Below are positions 38,258 through 47,948 of a stretch of DNA of 64,000 nt, piece by piece; position 1 is the first letter of the stretch, and each line of letters starts with the position of its first letter. Origin of the DNA: Micromonosporaceae bacterium (GTDB taxonomy: Bacteria > Actinomycetota > Actinomycetes > Mycobacteriales > Micromonosporaceae); assembly GCA_035296325.1 (NCBI GenBank), contig DATHBD010000082.1:137771-201770 (forward strand), given 5' to 3'. The position numbers and the translations under genes are program-made. The notes below the pieces were generated by a model. It made no database searches. It worked only from the letters and a program-made list of their open reading frames with translations, and had not been told where the DNA came from.

Positions 38258-40624
38258 ATGGCTGTGCCCCCAAGCCGGCTGGCCGGCCTTCGCGTGGTCG
38301 CGTCGCGCGCCCGCCGGACCGACCCGCTGCTGCTCACCTCGTTCTCGATCGTGATCTTCGCGATCGTGTGGTTCGGAGTGAACCTCGACCGGCCCAGGGC
38401 GCTGTGGCTGCTGTGGCTCCCGTCCCCACTGGCCGCCGCGATGTTGACGGCGGTGTTCCAGCGCGTCGCCCGAACCGAACGGCTACCCGCCCTCACCCGC
38501 AGGTTCTGGCGGCACCTCAGCTTCTCCGCGGCGATGGTGGGCGCCGGTTCGCTGGCACAGGCCTACGACGCGCTGCAGGATCCGCTTGCCGGCGGCCAGC
38601 GCACCGGACCGGCCATGTTGATCTCTTACACCTGCGCGATCGCGATCGTCATGTGGGCCCTCCTCCGCCTGCCGCTGGGTGTCCAGGCGCGTGGCGAACG
38701 CCTTCGGGTGGCGCTGGACGCCGGCACGGTCATGCTGGCGGCCGCGGCGTTTCTCTGGCACTTCAACACCCGGCCGCTGCTGGCACTCGGCGCAGACCGG
38801 AGCACCACCCTGATCACGTCCGCGATGGTGGCCCTCCTCGCCCTGCTGGCCGTGTTCGCCATCGCCAAGGTGGTGCTGTCCAGTCACGCCTTCATCGACC
38901 GGGCCGCGCTCCGGCTGCTGGCCTGTGCCATCCTGATCGGCAGCCTCTCCGCACTTCCGCAGCAGTACCTCTCCAGCCAGCCGCACCTGATGTCGACCCA
39001 GCTCAGCGTCCCCGCCGTGATGTTCCTCGCGGCATGGGCAGGGGTCCGGCAACGCGCCAGCGGGCAGCTACCGGCCGGCACCTTTGCAGACGTCGGCCGG
39101 CGACCGTTCACCGTGCTGCCCTACCTCGCCGTTGCGGCTGTCGACGCATTGCTTCTGACGCTGCTCTGGTCGCCGAACGACGATGAACTGGTGATCGGGG
39201 TGGTGGCGGTCCTGCTCACCGGACTCGTCGTGCTGCGGCAGGTCACAGCGTTCCAGGACAACCGGCGACTGCTCGATCAGCTTGACCACGGGGCGACCCA
39301 CGACACGCTGACCAATCTTCCCAACCGGCGACTGTTCAACGAACGGCTGCAGCACGCGCTGACCTCCGGGACGCCCCGGACGGTGAGTGTGGCGCTCATC
39401 GACCTCGATGACTTCAAGGTGGTGAACGACAACCTGGGGCACGAGATCGGCGATGCGCTGCTCGTCGCCGTGGCGCAGCGACTCACCACCTGCGTCCGGG
39501 CCCCGCACACCGTGGCGCGGCTGGGCGGTGACGAGTTCGTCCTGATCCTCGACGAAGTCGGGCCGGCCGCCGCGTCAGCCACCGCGGAAACCATCACCGC
39601 CGCGCTGACCGAACCGATCGCCGCGCAGGGCCATGAGCTGTTGATCCGGGCCAGCATCGGGATCGCCGACGGTGGCACCGGCGACGAGCCGAGCCAGCTC
39701 CTCCGCCGGGCTGACATCGCCATGTACGCCGCCAAGAACCTCGGTGGCAGCCGGCATCTGCACTACCAGGCCGGCATGGCAGGTACCGTGGCGAATCACG
39801 CCCAGTTGGGCGTCGAGCTGCGCCAGGCCATCCTGGCGGAGCAGTTCGTTGCCCTGTACCAGCCGATCGTGAGCCTGGACAGCGACGCACAGATCACCGG
39901 CGTCGAGGCGCTCGTCCGCTGGGTTCATCCGGTGCGCGGCATGCTCCCGCCCAGCGAGTTCATCCCCCTGGCCGAGCGCACGGGCCTCATTGTCCCGCTG
40001 GGCCGTTGGATCCTCCGCCACGCGTGCTTCCAGCTCGTTGCCTGGACCGCGGAGCACGGTGCGACGAACCCGGCGTTCCTGAACGTCAACGTGTCCGCCC
40101 GGGAGTTGCGCGAGGGGGGGTACGCCGACGACGTCGCCGCGGCACTCGCCGACTCGGGGTTGGCGCCGGACCGCCTCACCCTCGAGATCACCGAAACGAC
40201 GATCTTCGAGCTCGGAGCGTCAGTGACGAATCTCCAGCACCTGCGCGACATGGGCGTGCGGATCGCCCTCGACGACTTCGGCACCGGGCAATCCACCCTC
40301 ACCCAGCTGCAGAACTGCCCGGTCGATCAGCTCAAGCTGGACCGGTCTTTCACCCGGGCAACGGTGAACACGGAGCCGACCATCGCCGCCGCGGTGCTGC
40401 AGCTGGCTCGGGTCCTGCGTCTGGCCATCATCGCGGAGGGCGTCGAGACCGCCCAGGAGGCGCACCGGCTGCGCCACATCGGCTACGAGACCGCGCAGGG
40501 CTACTTCTTCGCTCGCCCCATGCCGGCCGAGGAACTCAACGATCGGCTTCGGGCGCAGGCGCACACGCCGTGCCTCAGCGGCGCCGGCGGCCGGATAGCG
40601 ACGCTACCGGTCACGGCCCACTGA
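38258..40624 (+). CDS. Integral-membrane (about 8 TM) GGDEF-EAL protein
   Basis: Multi-TM N-terminal sensor region. 'LTNLPNRRLFNERL...RLGGDEFVLIL' (GGDEF). 'ITGVEALVRWVHP...EITET...DDFGTGQSTL...LKLDRSF' (EAL). Confidence 0.85.
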   Translation: MAVPPSRLAGLRVVASRARRTDPLLLTSFSIVIFAIVWFGVNLDRPRALWLLWLPSPLAAAMLTAVFQRVARTERLPALTRRFWRHLSFSAAMVGAGSLAQAYDALQDPLAGGQRTGPAMLISYTCAIAIVMWALLRLPLGVQARGERLRVALDAGTVMLAAAAFLWHFNTRPLLALGADRSTTLITSAMVALLALLAVFAIAKVVLSSHAFIDRAALRLLACAILIGSLSALPQQYLSSQPHLMSTQLSVPAVMFLAAWAGVRQRASGQLPAGTFADVGRRPFTVLPYLAVAAVDALLLTLLWSPNDDELVIGVVAVLLTGLVVLRQVTAFQDNRRLLDQLDHGATHDTLTNLPNRRLFNERLQHALTSGTPRTVSVALIDLDDFKVVNDNLGHEIGDALLVAVAQRLTTCVRAPHTVARLGGDEFVLILDEVGPAAASATAETITAALTEPIAAQGHELLIRASIGIADGGTGDEPSQLLRRADIAMYAAKNLGGSRHLHYQAGMAGTVANHAQLGVELRQAILAEQFVALYQPIVSLDSDAQITGVEALVRWVHPVRGMLPPSEFIPLAERTGLIVPLGRWILRHACFQLVAWTAEHGATNPAFLNVNVSARELREGGYADDVAAALADSGLAPDRLTLEITETTIFELGASVTNLQHLRDMGVRIALDDFGTGQSTLTQLQNCPVDQLKLDRSFTRATVNTEPTIAAAVLQLARVLRLAIIAEGVETAQEAHRLRHIGYETAQGYFFARPMPAEELNDRLRAQAHTPCLSGAGGRIATLPVTAH

Positions 40625-40651
40625 CGCACGGTGTGTGCGCCTGGCACCGCG

Positions 40652-42460
40652 CTAGCTGATCCGAACGAACCGCCACTGCTGCTGAACGGCGCCGGTGTCG
40701 GTCCACTGGACGGCGGCCGAACCATTCGTGGTCCCGCTGCCGTTGTCCAGGGCCTTGCCGCTACGCCTCGAGATCAGCTTGAACGCGCCGCCCGCCGCCG
40801 CGGTGATGGCCCACTGCTGCGGGTCGCCGCCGTTGTCGGTCCACTGCATCGCGGGCGCCCCCTCGGTCAGGACGTAGCCGTTGTCCAGGGCCTTGCCGCT
40901 GTGCCGGCTGATCAGCTTGTAGTAGCCACCGCTGAGTGCGGTGACGGTCCACTGCTGCGCCGTGCCGCCGTTGTCGGTCCACCCCACGACGCCAGCGCCG
41001 TCGGTGGTCGAGCTGGCGTTGTCGAGCGCCAGGCCACTGTGCACGCTGACCAGCTTGTACACCCCGCCCGAGACGATTCCGGTGGCAGGTGCACCGGAGC
41101 CTGCGACGGGAACCCCGGACACCTCGACCACGACGACCGACACGTTCGGGTTGGGCGCTGCGGTGGGCACCCGGACGTTGATGAACCCGCCGCTGACCGT
41201 GTACGTCAGCGACGTACCCGGGCTGTTCAGCAGGTAGACCCGGCTGATCGTGTTCTGCAGCGTCGGGATCTGCAGGGTGCCGCCGGTGGGCCAGTTGAAG
41301 ACGTGGGCGTAGAGCCGGCCGTTCTTCTTGGTGTAGCGGCCCCAGGACGGCTCGGAGCTGAACGGGCTGGCCGTCGCTCCGTAGATGCTGTCGCCGTAGA
41401 TGCCCATCCAGGAGCCGATGGCGTTGAGCAGGTTCACCGACCCGGTGGGTACCGCGCCGTTGCCCATTGGCCCGATGTTTAGCAGGTAGTTCCCGTCCCG
41501 GGAGACCACCGTCGCCAGCTCCTGGATCAGCGTCCGCGCCGACTTGTACGAGTTCTCCCGGCCGGCGTCGTAGCCCCACGCGCCGTTCAGCGTCGCGCAG
41601 GTCTCCCACGGGCGGGACAGCGGCCGTGCCGGCACGGTCTGCTCCGGGCACTCGAAGTCACCGAGGCCGGTGTGGCGCTTCACCCGCTCGTTGACGATCA
41701 GATTGGGCTTGCGGGCGATCAGCCAGTTGTACAGGTCCTGACCGTCGGCCCGGTTCCACCAGTCGGCGAGCGTCGGGGTGGCGCGGTCCACGCACCAGTC
41801 CCCGTCGAACCACATCACCGCGGGGTCGTAGCGGTCCAGCAGTTCCTGCAGCTGCGCCTTCATGTCGCGCACGTAATTGGCCTTGGCGGTCATCGACGAC
41901 ACCGTGGAGAAGACCGTGTCGGTCTTGCGCAGGGTCTGCGACGGGTGGCTCCAGTCCAGGATGGAGTAGTAGAGGCCGAACACGATGCCCTGGCGGGTGC
42001 ACTCCGCCTTCAGCTGGGCCAGCAGGTCGGCCTTGTACGGGGTGTAGGCGGGCAGGGTGTACGGGCGGCCCGCGGTGTCGGTGAAGCTCGCGACCTTGGA
42101 ATCCCACATGGCGAAGCCCTCGTGGTGCTTGGCCGTGATCACCAGGTACTTCATCCCGGCGGCCTTCGCCAGCCCGACGATGCTGGCGGCACTGAAGCTG
42201 GTCGGGTTGAACCGGGCCGAGATGTCACGGTGGTAGTTGGCCTTGGCCCAGGTCTCGTTGGCGAAGACCCACTCGCCGCGACCCGCGTACGAGTACGACC
42301 CGAAGTGGATGAACATCCCGAACCGGGCCGCGTACCACCAGTTCATCTTCGAGGGCACGGTGTAGGCGGATGCCTCGGTGGCACGCAGGGCGAGCGGCAC
42401 GCCGATGGCGGCCATCCCGGTCGCCGCGGCGCCCAACTTGATCAATTGCCGGCGACTCAT
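40652..42460 (-). CDS. Secreted GH29 alpha-L-fucosidase with C-terminal ricin-B lectin domains
   Basis: Tat signal 'MSRRQLIKLGAAATGMAAIGVPLALRATEASA'. 'ARFGMFIHFG...KYLVITAKHHEGFAMWDS...MWFDGDW' is the GH29 core. C-terminal 'QQWTV...QQWAI...QQWRF' are ricin-B QxW repeats. Start at the ATG at 42460; the GTG at 42472 is possible. Confidence 0.8.
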   Translation of the reverse strand: MSRRQLIKLGAAATGMAAIGVPLALRATEASAYTVPSKMNWWYAARFGMFIHFGSYSYAGRGEWVFANETWAKANYHRDISARFNPTSFSAASIVGLAKAAGMKYLVITAKHHEGFAMWDSKVASFTDTAGRPYTLPAYTPYKADLLAQLKAECTRQGIVFGLYYSILDWSHPSQTLRKTDTVFSTVSSMTAKANYVRDMKAQLQELLDRYDPAVMWFDGDWCVDRATPTLADWWNRADGQDLYNWLIARKPNLIVNERVKRHTGLGDFECPEQTVPARPLSRPWETCATLNGAWGYDAGRENSYKSARTLIQELATVVSRDGNYLLNIGPMGNGAVPTGSVNLLNAIGSWMGIYGDSIYGATASPFSSEPSWGRYTKKNGRLYAHVFNWPTGGTLQIPTLQNTISRVYLLNSPGTSLTYTVSGGFINVRVPTAAPNPNVSVVVVEVSGVPVAGSGAPATGIVSGGVYKLVSVHSGLALDNASSTTDGAGVVGWTDNGGTAQQWTVTALSGGYYKLISRHSGKALDNGYVLTEGAPAMQWTDNGGDPQQWAITAAAGGAFKLISRRSGKALDNGSGTTNGSAAVQWTDTGAVQQQWRFVRIS

Positions 42461-42671
42461 TTCGATGGCCACGCCACACCCCTCGTCTGCCCGCTGCGCC
42501 CAGCGTGCTCGGATTATTGCAGGAATTCATCCGACGATAAGGTCCCACTACCGGTCGGTCAAGGCGTACATCGGCGGCCGTCGTTCAACCAGCACCGTCA
42601 GCCAGGCATTTCGCGGACGTTTCAGAAAGGGACGACTTTCCGCTTCGACACACCGTGGCGATCCCGGGCGG

Positions 42672-44624
42672 TCAGCGCGCCGCCGGCCGCGCCGTCAGGG
42701 TTGCTCCGGCCAGCACGTCTGCGATGCCTTCCAACAGGGCGTCCGCGGTGAACGGCTTGCGCAGCAGCGGCAGCTCGGCGTTCGGCGGATTTCCGCCGGG
42801 GAACGACCCAGCCGTGTACCCCGACATCAGCAGGTAGCGGAGATCGGGCCGAAGCGAGACCAGGCGCTCGATCAGCTGCGGGCCGGACATCTCCGGCATG
42901 ATCACGTCGGTCAGTACCGCGTCGATGTGCGGGTCGTCGTGGACGAACAGTTCCAGCGCGTGCATCGGCGTGGCGGCCGGAACGACGCGGTAGCCGGATC
43001 TGCCGAGGATGCGGACCACGATGTCCCGTACCGCGGCTTCGTCCTCGACCACCAGAATCGTCTCGCCCGAACCAGCCGCCGGCGTCGCCACCGGTGGGAC
43101 CGGTTTGACTTCGCCGAACTCGACGCACGGCAGCGCCACCGTGATGGTGGTGCCCCGGCCGGGCTCGGTGTCCACGGTGATCTCGCCGCCGGCGTCCTTG
43201 ATCACGCCGTACGCGGTCGCGAGTCCCAGACCCGTCCCGTGCCCCTGCGCCTTCGTCGTGAAGAACGGCTCGAAGGCACGTCGGGCCACCTCCGGGCTCA
43301 TCCCGCTGCCGGTGTCGGTGATCACGAGGCGTACCCGCCGGCTGAGCCCGGCGCCCGGGACGGCGTCGGCGGAACTGCAGGCGGTGGTCTCGATGCGCAG
43401 CTGGCCACCGTGTGGCATCGCCGCTCGGGCGTTGACCACGAGATTCACGATGACCTGTTCCAGCTTGCTCCGATCGATGCGGACGGCCGACAGGCCGGGT
43501 TGCAGCACGGTACGGAACTCGATGTCCTCACCGATGGTGCGCCGGAGCAGGTACTCGGTCTGGCTCACCACCGCGTTCAGATCGAGGATCTCGGCCTGCG
43601 ACGGTTCCAGTCGGCTGAAGATGAGCAGTTGCCGGGTCAGCGCGGCGGCCCGCTCGGCCGCTTCGTTGATCCCCACCACATCGGGCCGGCACGGGTGGGA
43701 AGGGCCGAGCGCCTCCAGCACCTCGCCGCCGAACCCCATGATCACGGCGAGCAGGTTGTTGAAGTCGTGCGCGATGCCGCCGGCGAGCTGACCCAGCGAG
43801 TCGAGCCGCTCGGCCTGGCGCAGCTCCCGGTCGAGCCGTTCCCGTTCCTGGTTGCCCAGGGTCTGCTCGGTGACGTCGCGGAGGATCCCCTCCACCGCGA
43901 TCAGGCGTCCGTCGCTGTCGCTGATCCCCACCGCCCGCTGTTCCATCCAGACCAGGCGACCGTCGCGCCGCCGCCAGCGGACCACGAGATCGCGCGGCTT
44001 GGAGGAACGCCATGCCTCTTCAAATCTGGGTCGGTCCTCGGGCTCCACCATCGCGAACACGATCCCGGAATTCGCGTAGAGCTCGGTGGGCCGGTAGCCG
44101 GTGACCGTCGCGACCGCGGGGCTGATGTAGTCCAGGCGGGCATCCGGCACCAGGTACCGGAAGATGATGTCCTGCGCATGTTCGGCCAGGAGCCGGAATC
44201 GTTCCTCGCTCGCCCGCAGTGCCGCCTCGGCGTTGCGGCGCTGACGGCGTTCGTCGGCCTCCCGGATCTCCCGCTCCACCGCCGGCGCGAGCCGGTTCAG
44301 TCGGTTCTTGAGCACGAAGTCATGGGCGCCGGCCTTCATCACCGTCGCCGCGACCTCCTCACCGACCTTGCCGGACACCAGGATGAGCGGGATGTCCAGG
44401 CCGCTCTCCCGGATGATGCGCAGGGTGTCCTCGACGCTGAAGGACGGCATGTTGTAGTCCGAGATGACCACCTGCGGCGGCCTGGCCCGCAGCGCGTCGG
44501 CCACACCCTGCGCGGTCTGCACCGCCTGGTAGGTCAGCTCCACCTCGCCGCGCCGCAGCTCCAGGACGATGAGCAGGACATCGTCCTCGCTGTCCTCCAC
44601 GATGAGCGCGTGGACCGGGGTCAT
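42672..44624 (-). CDS. Hybrid sensor histidine kinase (REC-PAS-HisKA-HATPase_c-REC)
   Basis: 'ALIVEDSEDDVLLI...VVISDYNMP...ILVSGK' (REC). PAS 'RFRLLAEHAQDIIFRY'. 'LAGGIAHDFNNLL' (H-box). 'ITDTGSGMSPEV...GTGLGLATAYGVI' (N/G boxes). C-terminal 'ILVVEDEAAVRD...AVLTDVIMPEMSG' (REC). Start at 44624, two nt after the upstream REC stop. The 1067-aa track ORF is over-extended. Confidence 0.85.
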   Translation of the reverse strand: MTPVHALIVEDSEDDVLLIVLELRRGEVELTYQAVQTAQGVADALRARPPQVVISDYNMPSFSVEDTLRIIRESGLDIPLILVSGKVGEEVAATVMKAGAHDFVLKNRLNRLAPAVEREIREADERRQRRNAEAALRASEERFRLLAEHAQDIIFRYLVPDARLDYISPAVATVTGYRPTELYANSGIVFAMVEPEDRPRFEEAWRSSKPRDLVVRWRRRDGRLVWMEQRAVGISDSDGRLIAVEGILRDVTEQTLGNQERERLDRELRQAERLDSLGQLAGGIAHDFNNLLAVIMGFGGEVLEALGPSHPCRPDVVGINEAAERAAALTRQLLIFSRLEPSQAEILDLNAVVSQTEYLLRRTIGEDIEFRTVLQPGLSAVRIDRSKLEQVIVNLVVNARAAMPHGGQLRIETTACSSADAVPGAGLSRRVRLVITDTGSGMSPEVARRAFEPFFTTKAQGHGTGLGLATAYGVIKDAGGEITVDTEPGRGTTITVALPCVEFGEVKPVPPVATPAAGSGETILVVEDEAAVRDIVVRILGRSGYRVVPAATPMHALELFVHDDPHIDAVLTDVIMPEMSGPQLIERLVSLRPDLRYLLMSGYTAGSFPGGNPPNAELPLLRKPFTADALLEGIADVLAGATLTARPAAR

Positions 44625-44626
44625 GA

Positions 44627-45067
44627 TCAGCCCTCGCCGGGCCGCAACGGCGGTGGTTCGTTGAGCAGCAGCCAGTACATCCCCAGCATCTTCGCCGCAT
44701 CGAGGAACTCGCTGAAGACGACCGGCTTGCGCACGTAGCTGTTGGCGCCGAGCCGGTAACTCTCCACGATGTCGCGCTCCTCGCTCGACGTGGTCAGCAC
44801 CACAACCGGCAGCGGGTGGGTCCGGGCGTCGGCCCGGATCCGTCGCAGCACCTCGAGCCCGTCGACTCTGGGCAGCTTGACGTCGAGCAGTACCAACGCC
44901 GGCCGAAGTGGCGTGCTCTCGTCGGTCGGAAACAACATGTCGATCGCGACCTGGCCGTCCGGCGCGACGACGACCTCGTTGCCCATGTTGTTCTTCCGGA
45001 ATGCCCGCAGGGTCAGAATGACGTCGTCCGGGTTGTCCTCGACCAACAGAATGGGGTCGCTGTTCAT
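44627..45067 (-). CDS. Single-domain CheY-like response regulator (REC only)
   Basis: 'ILLVEDNPDDVILTLRAF...LVLLDVKLPRVDGLEVLRRIR...VVVLTTSSEERD...GANSYVRKP', a stand-alone receiver of 146 aa. Confidence 0.85.
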   Translation of the reverse strand: MNSDPILLVEDNPDDVILTLRAFRKNNMGNEVVVAPDGQVAIDMLFPTDESTPLRPALVLLDVKLPRVDGLEVLRRIRADARTHPLPVVVLTTSSEERDIVESYRLGANSYVRKPVVFSEFLDAAKMLGMYWLLLNEPPPLRPGEG

Positions 45068-45082
45068 TCGAACAACTCCAGT

Positions 45083-46285
45083 TCAGGGATTGTGTGGCGT
45101 GAGCGTGAACGAGAACGTGGCGCCGACGCCCGGCTCGCCGGCCGCCCAGACCCGACCGCCGTGGCGCGCGATGACCCGGTGCACGATGGCCAGGCCGACG
45201 CCGTTGCCGGCGAAGTCCTTGGTGTCGTGCAGGCGCTGGAACGGGTCGAAGAGCTTCTCCGCGTAGCGCATGTCGAACCCGGCGCCGTTGTCGCGTACGA
45301 ACAGCACCTGCTCGCCGTCCTGGCGCAGCGACCCGAACTCGACGACGCCGTGCCCTTCCTTGGCCGTGAACTTCCACGCGTTGCTCAGCAGGTTCACCAG
45401 CACCAGTCGGACCAGGTGCTGGTCGCACGAGGCGAGCACGCCGTCGGCCACGACCGCCTCGATCGGCCGCTCCGGGTTGGCGGCCCGCAGGTCCGCGAGA
45501 ATGTCGCAGACCAGCGCACTCACGTCGACAGGTTTGCGGACCAGGTCGACCCGGCTGGCACGGGACAGGTCCAGCAGGTCGTCGATCATCTGCGCCATCC
45601 GGGCGACATTGGACTGGAGTCGGCGCAGGTAGTCCTTGCCGGTGTCGTCCAGGCAGTCGGCGTAGTCCTCCAGCAGCACCTGGCTGAACCCGTCCAACGA
45701 ACGCAACGGCGCCCGCAGGTCGTGCGACACCGAGTACGCGAACGCGTCCAGCTCCCGGGTGGTTGCCTCCAACTCGGCGTTGCGCTCCCACCCCCGGTGC
45801 TCCCGCTCGGCGCTGAGTCGCTGGATCTTCTCCTCGGCCCGCTTGCGGTCGGTGATGTCGGTGGAGATCCCGCACACCGCGTACGGTTCGGCGGCGGCGT
45901 CGAGCAGTGCGAACCGCACCGTGATGAAGGTGTGCTCGCCATCCTCGCCCGGCGCGTCCTCCTCGATCTGGATCGGCGTTTCGCTGGCCGCCGCCCGCAG
46001 GTCGCTGGCCCGGAACTCGGCGGCCAGCTCAGCCGGGAAGAGATCGTGGTCGGTCAGTCCCACGATGGCATCGCGGCGCAGGCCGAACCGTCGTTCGAAC
46101 TCGCGGTTGACGAGCATGTACCGGCCGTCCATGTCCCGCATGTAGATCACCGAGGACGTGTTGTCGATCAACGCGAGCAGCTGGTCGCGCCCGATCCGAT
46201 CGTCGTACTGGGCGGCCCGCAGGCGCGCCTCCGCCGGCACGGGGTGTTCCCTGGCCGACGTCGCCAATGGCGGCTGACTCGTCAT
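45083..46285 (-). CDS. PAS-domain sensor histidine kinase (cytoplasmic)
   Basis: PAS 'LIDNTSSVIYMRDMDGRYMLVNREFERRFG'. 'FAYSVSHDLRAPLRSLDGFSQVLLE' (HisKA H-box). 'LLSNAWKFTA...DNGAGFDMRYAEKLFDPFQRLH...GNGVGLAIVHRVI' (HATPase). No TM segments. Confidence 0.85.
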   Translation of the reverse strand: MTSQPPLATSAREHPVPAEARLRAAQYDDRIGRDQLLALIDNTSSVIYMRDMDGRYMLVNREFERRFGLRRDAIVGLTDHDLFPAELAAEFRASDLRAAASETPIQIEEDAPGEDGEHTFITVRFALLDAAAEPYAVCGISTDITDRKRAEEKIQRLSAEREHRGWERNAELEATTRELDAFAYSVSHDLRAPLRSLDGFSQVLLEDYADCLDDTGKDYLRRLQSNVARMAQMIDDLLDLSRASRVDLVRKPVDVSALVCDILADLRAANPERPIEAVVADGVLASCDQHLVRLVLVNLLSNAWKFTAKEGHGVVEFGSLRQDGEQVLFVRDNGAGFDMRYAEKLFDPFQRLHDTKDFAGNGVGLAIVHRVIARHGGRVWAAGEPGVGATFSFTLTPHNP

Positions 46286-46739
46286 CGCTCGCCCCCTGGA
46301 TTACCTGAGAGCCGCCGACCGGGCCGGGTATCGCCATACCACGGCACCCACGAGGTCGGCGTCCAGCGGTTGGCGCGACACCCCATCGCGCCGCGGCCCG
46401 CCCCCCGGACAGGGGTCGGAGTCGACTCGGCTGAGACTCGACACCGGTTGGCCACGTTTGGCAACTTACACCAAGCGTAATTGTGACATAACAGTACGTG
46501 AACTTTGCGTTGCGGCCGCCCGCGCCCGGGAATGCACGTCGACGCCGCCAAGGGCACCGCTCCACCGGCCCGTGGGTGTTGCCACCGTCCGACCGCAGCC
46601 GGACCGGGCACGCCGCCGACCCCAGCTCTCAGTGCGACGGCAAGGACGACGATGTCGCGGCACGCGGCACGCGCCCGTAGCGTGTTGCCGGGACCGACCG
46701 GCCGAAGTCGCCGATCGGCGATGGACTCCAGGAGGCGGC

Positions 46740-47102
46740 GTGACCAGGAACGATCTGCTGGCCTACTGCCTGGCCAAGCCGGGCGCATGGCAGGACGAGC
46801 CATGGGAGGGCGACGTCGTGACGAAGGTGGGCAGCAAGATCTTCGCCTTCTTCGGATCCGACCCCGGTGCCGGGCCGCCCGGCGTGGGACTGAAGTGTGG
46901 CCCGAACCGGGAGGCCGCTGACGAGTGGCTGCTGCGCTACCCCGACGACGCCAGTGTGATGGCCTACATCGGGCGATCCGGCTGGAACAGTCTGCGGATC
47001 GGCGGGGCGATCCCGGAGGACGAGCTGCGCGAGGCGGTCGACGCCTCGTACGACGCCGTGGTCGCCAAGTTGCCGAAACGGGAACGGCCCAGTGATCACT
47101 GA
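46740..47102 (+). CDS. MmcQ/YjbR-family DNA-binding protein
   Basis: GTG start with a GGAGG RBS. 'RNDLLAYCLAKPGAWQDEPWEGDVVTKVGSKIFAFFG' matches the family N-terminus. The 214-aa ATG-initiated track ORF is rejected as over-extended. Confidence 0.7.
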   Translation: MTRNDLLAYCLAKPGAWQDEPWEGDVVTKVGSKIFAFFGSDPGAGPPGVGLKCGPNREAADEWLLRYPDDASVMAYIGRSGWNSLRIGGAIPEDELREAVDASYDAVVAKLPKRERPSDH

Positions 47103-47186
47103 CGGCCTGCGTCGCCCCCGATCCCGATGAGCGGCGGTCCGCGGGCGGGGTGGAATGCGGATCTTCACCGGAGAGTTGGTCGCGGT

Positions 47187-47879
47187 ATGACGACAATCGG
47201 GTTCATCGGCAGTGGCAACATCGGCGGCACGGTCGCACGACTCGCGGTGGCGGCCGGCCACCAGGTGGTACTGAGCAACTCACGCGGGCCGGAGACCCTG
47301 ACGGACCTCGTCGACGAACTCGGCCCGCAGGCGCAGGCGGGCACGCCCGCCGAGGCCGCGGAGGCGGGTGACCTGGTGGTCGTGAGTATTCCGCTGCGGG
47401 CGTACCGCGACGTGCCGGTCCAGCCGCTGTCCGGCAAGGTGGTGGTGGACACCAACAACTACTACCCGCAGCGCGACGGGCACTTCCCCGACCTCGACGA
47501 CGACTCGACGACGAGCAGCGAACTCCTCCAGCGGCACCTGGCGACCGCCCGGCTGGTCAAGCTGTTCAACAACATCGCGTCCGGGCATCTGCTGGAACTC
47601 GCTCGCCCCGCCGGCGCGCCGGACCGCAGCGCACTCCCCATTGCTGGTGACGACACGGACGCGAAGGCCTCGGTTGTGCGCTTCCTCGATGCCATCGGCT
47701 ACGACGCCGTGGACGCGGGTCCGCTCGCCGAAGGTTGGCGCTTCCAGCCCGACACCCCCGCGTACGGTCTGCCGTACATCCCGGAGGGCCAGAGCTTCGA
47801 CGGGCCCCCCGCCCCCGCGGGCGCCGACATCATCCGGCGCGCCTTGGCGGCCGCCAATCGCCCGGTGACCATCCACTGA
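47187..47879 (+). CDS. NADP-binding F420-dependent NADP oxidoreductase-like (F420_oxidored/ProC-like Rossmann) protein
   Basis: 'MTTIGFIGSGNIGGTVARLAVAAGHQVVLSNSR' is a dinucleotide-binding fold. 230 aa. The track ORF start is over-extended. Confidence 0.55.
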   Translation: MTTIGFIGSGNIGGTVARLAVAAGHQVVLSNSRGPETLTDLVDELGPQAQAGTPAEAAEAGDLVVVSIPLRAYRDVPVQPLSGKVVVDTNNYYPQRDGHFPDLDDDSTTSSELLQRHLATARLVKLFNNIASGHLLELARPAGAPDRSALPIAGDDTDAKASVVRFLDAIGYDAVDAGPLAEGWRFQPDTPAYGLPYIPEGQSFDGPPAPAGADIIRRALAAANRPVTIH

Positions 47880-47948
47880 CCGGCGCCGGCGGGCGCGGAC
47901 CCGCCGCGGCCGCTTGCTGAACCGCGCCTACCGGGAGATCGTTGCGGG

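Noticed and set aside
44627-45875. Considered whether the REC gene and the hybrid kinase form one fused ORF (the track shows a 1067-aa ORF 42672-45875).
   Set aside because: The 1067-aa ORF is in a different frame from the REC gene. Its N-terminal about 415 aa are Arg/Gly/Pro-rich junk overlapping the REC and PAS-kinase genes. The hybrid kinase begins at the ATG at 44624, with the REC stop (TGA) two nt upstream.
46458-46739. ATG-initiated 5' extension of the MmcQ/YjbR ORF (214-aa version).
   Set aside because: The extension is Arg/Pro-rich with no homology. The family N-terminus 'RNDLLAYCLAKPGAW' begins at the GTG at 46740, which has a GGAGG RBS.
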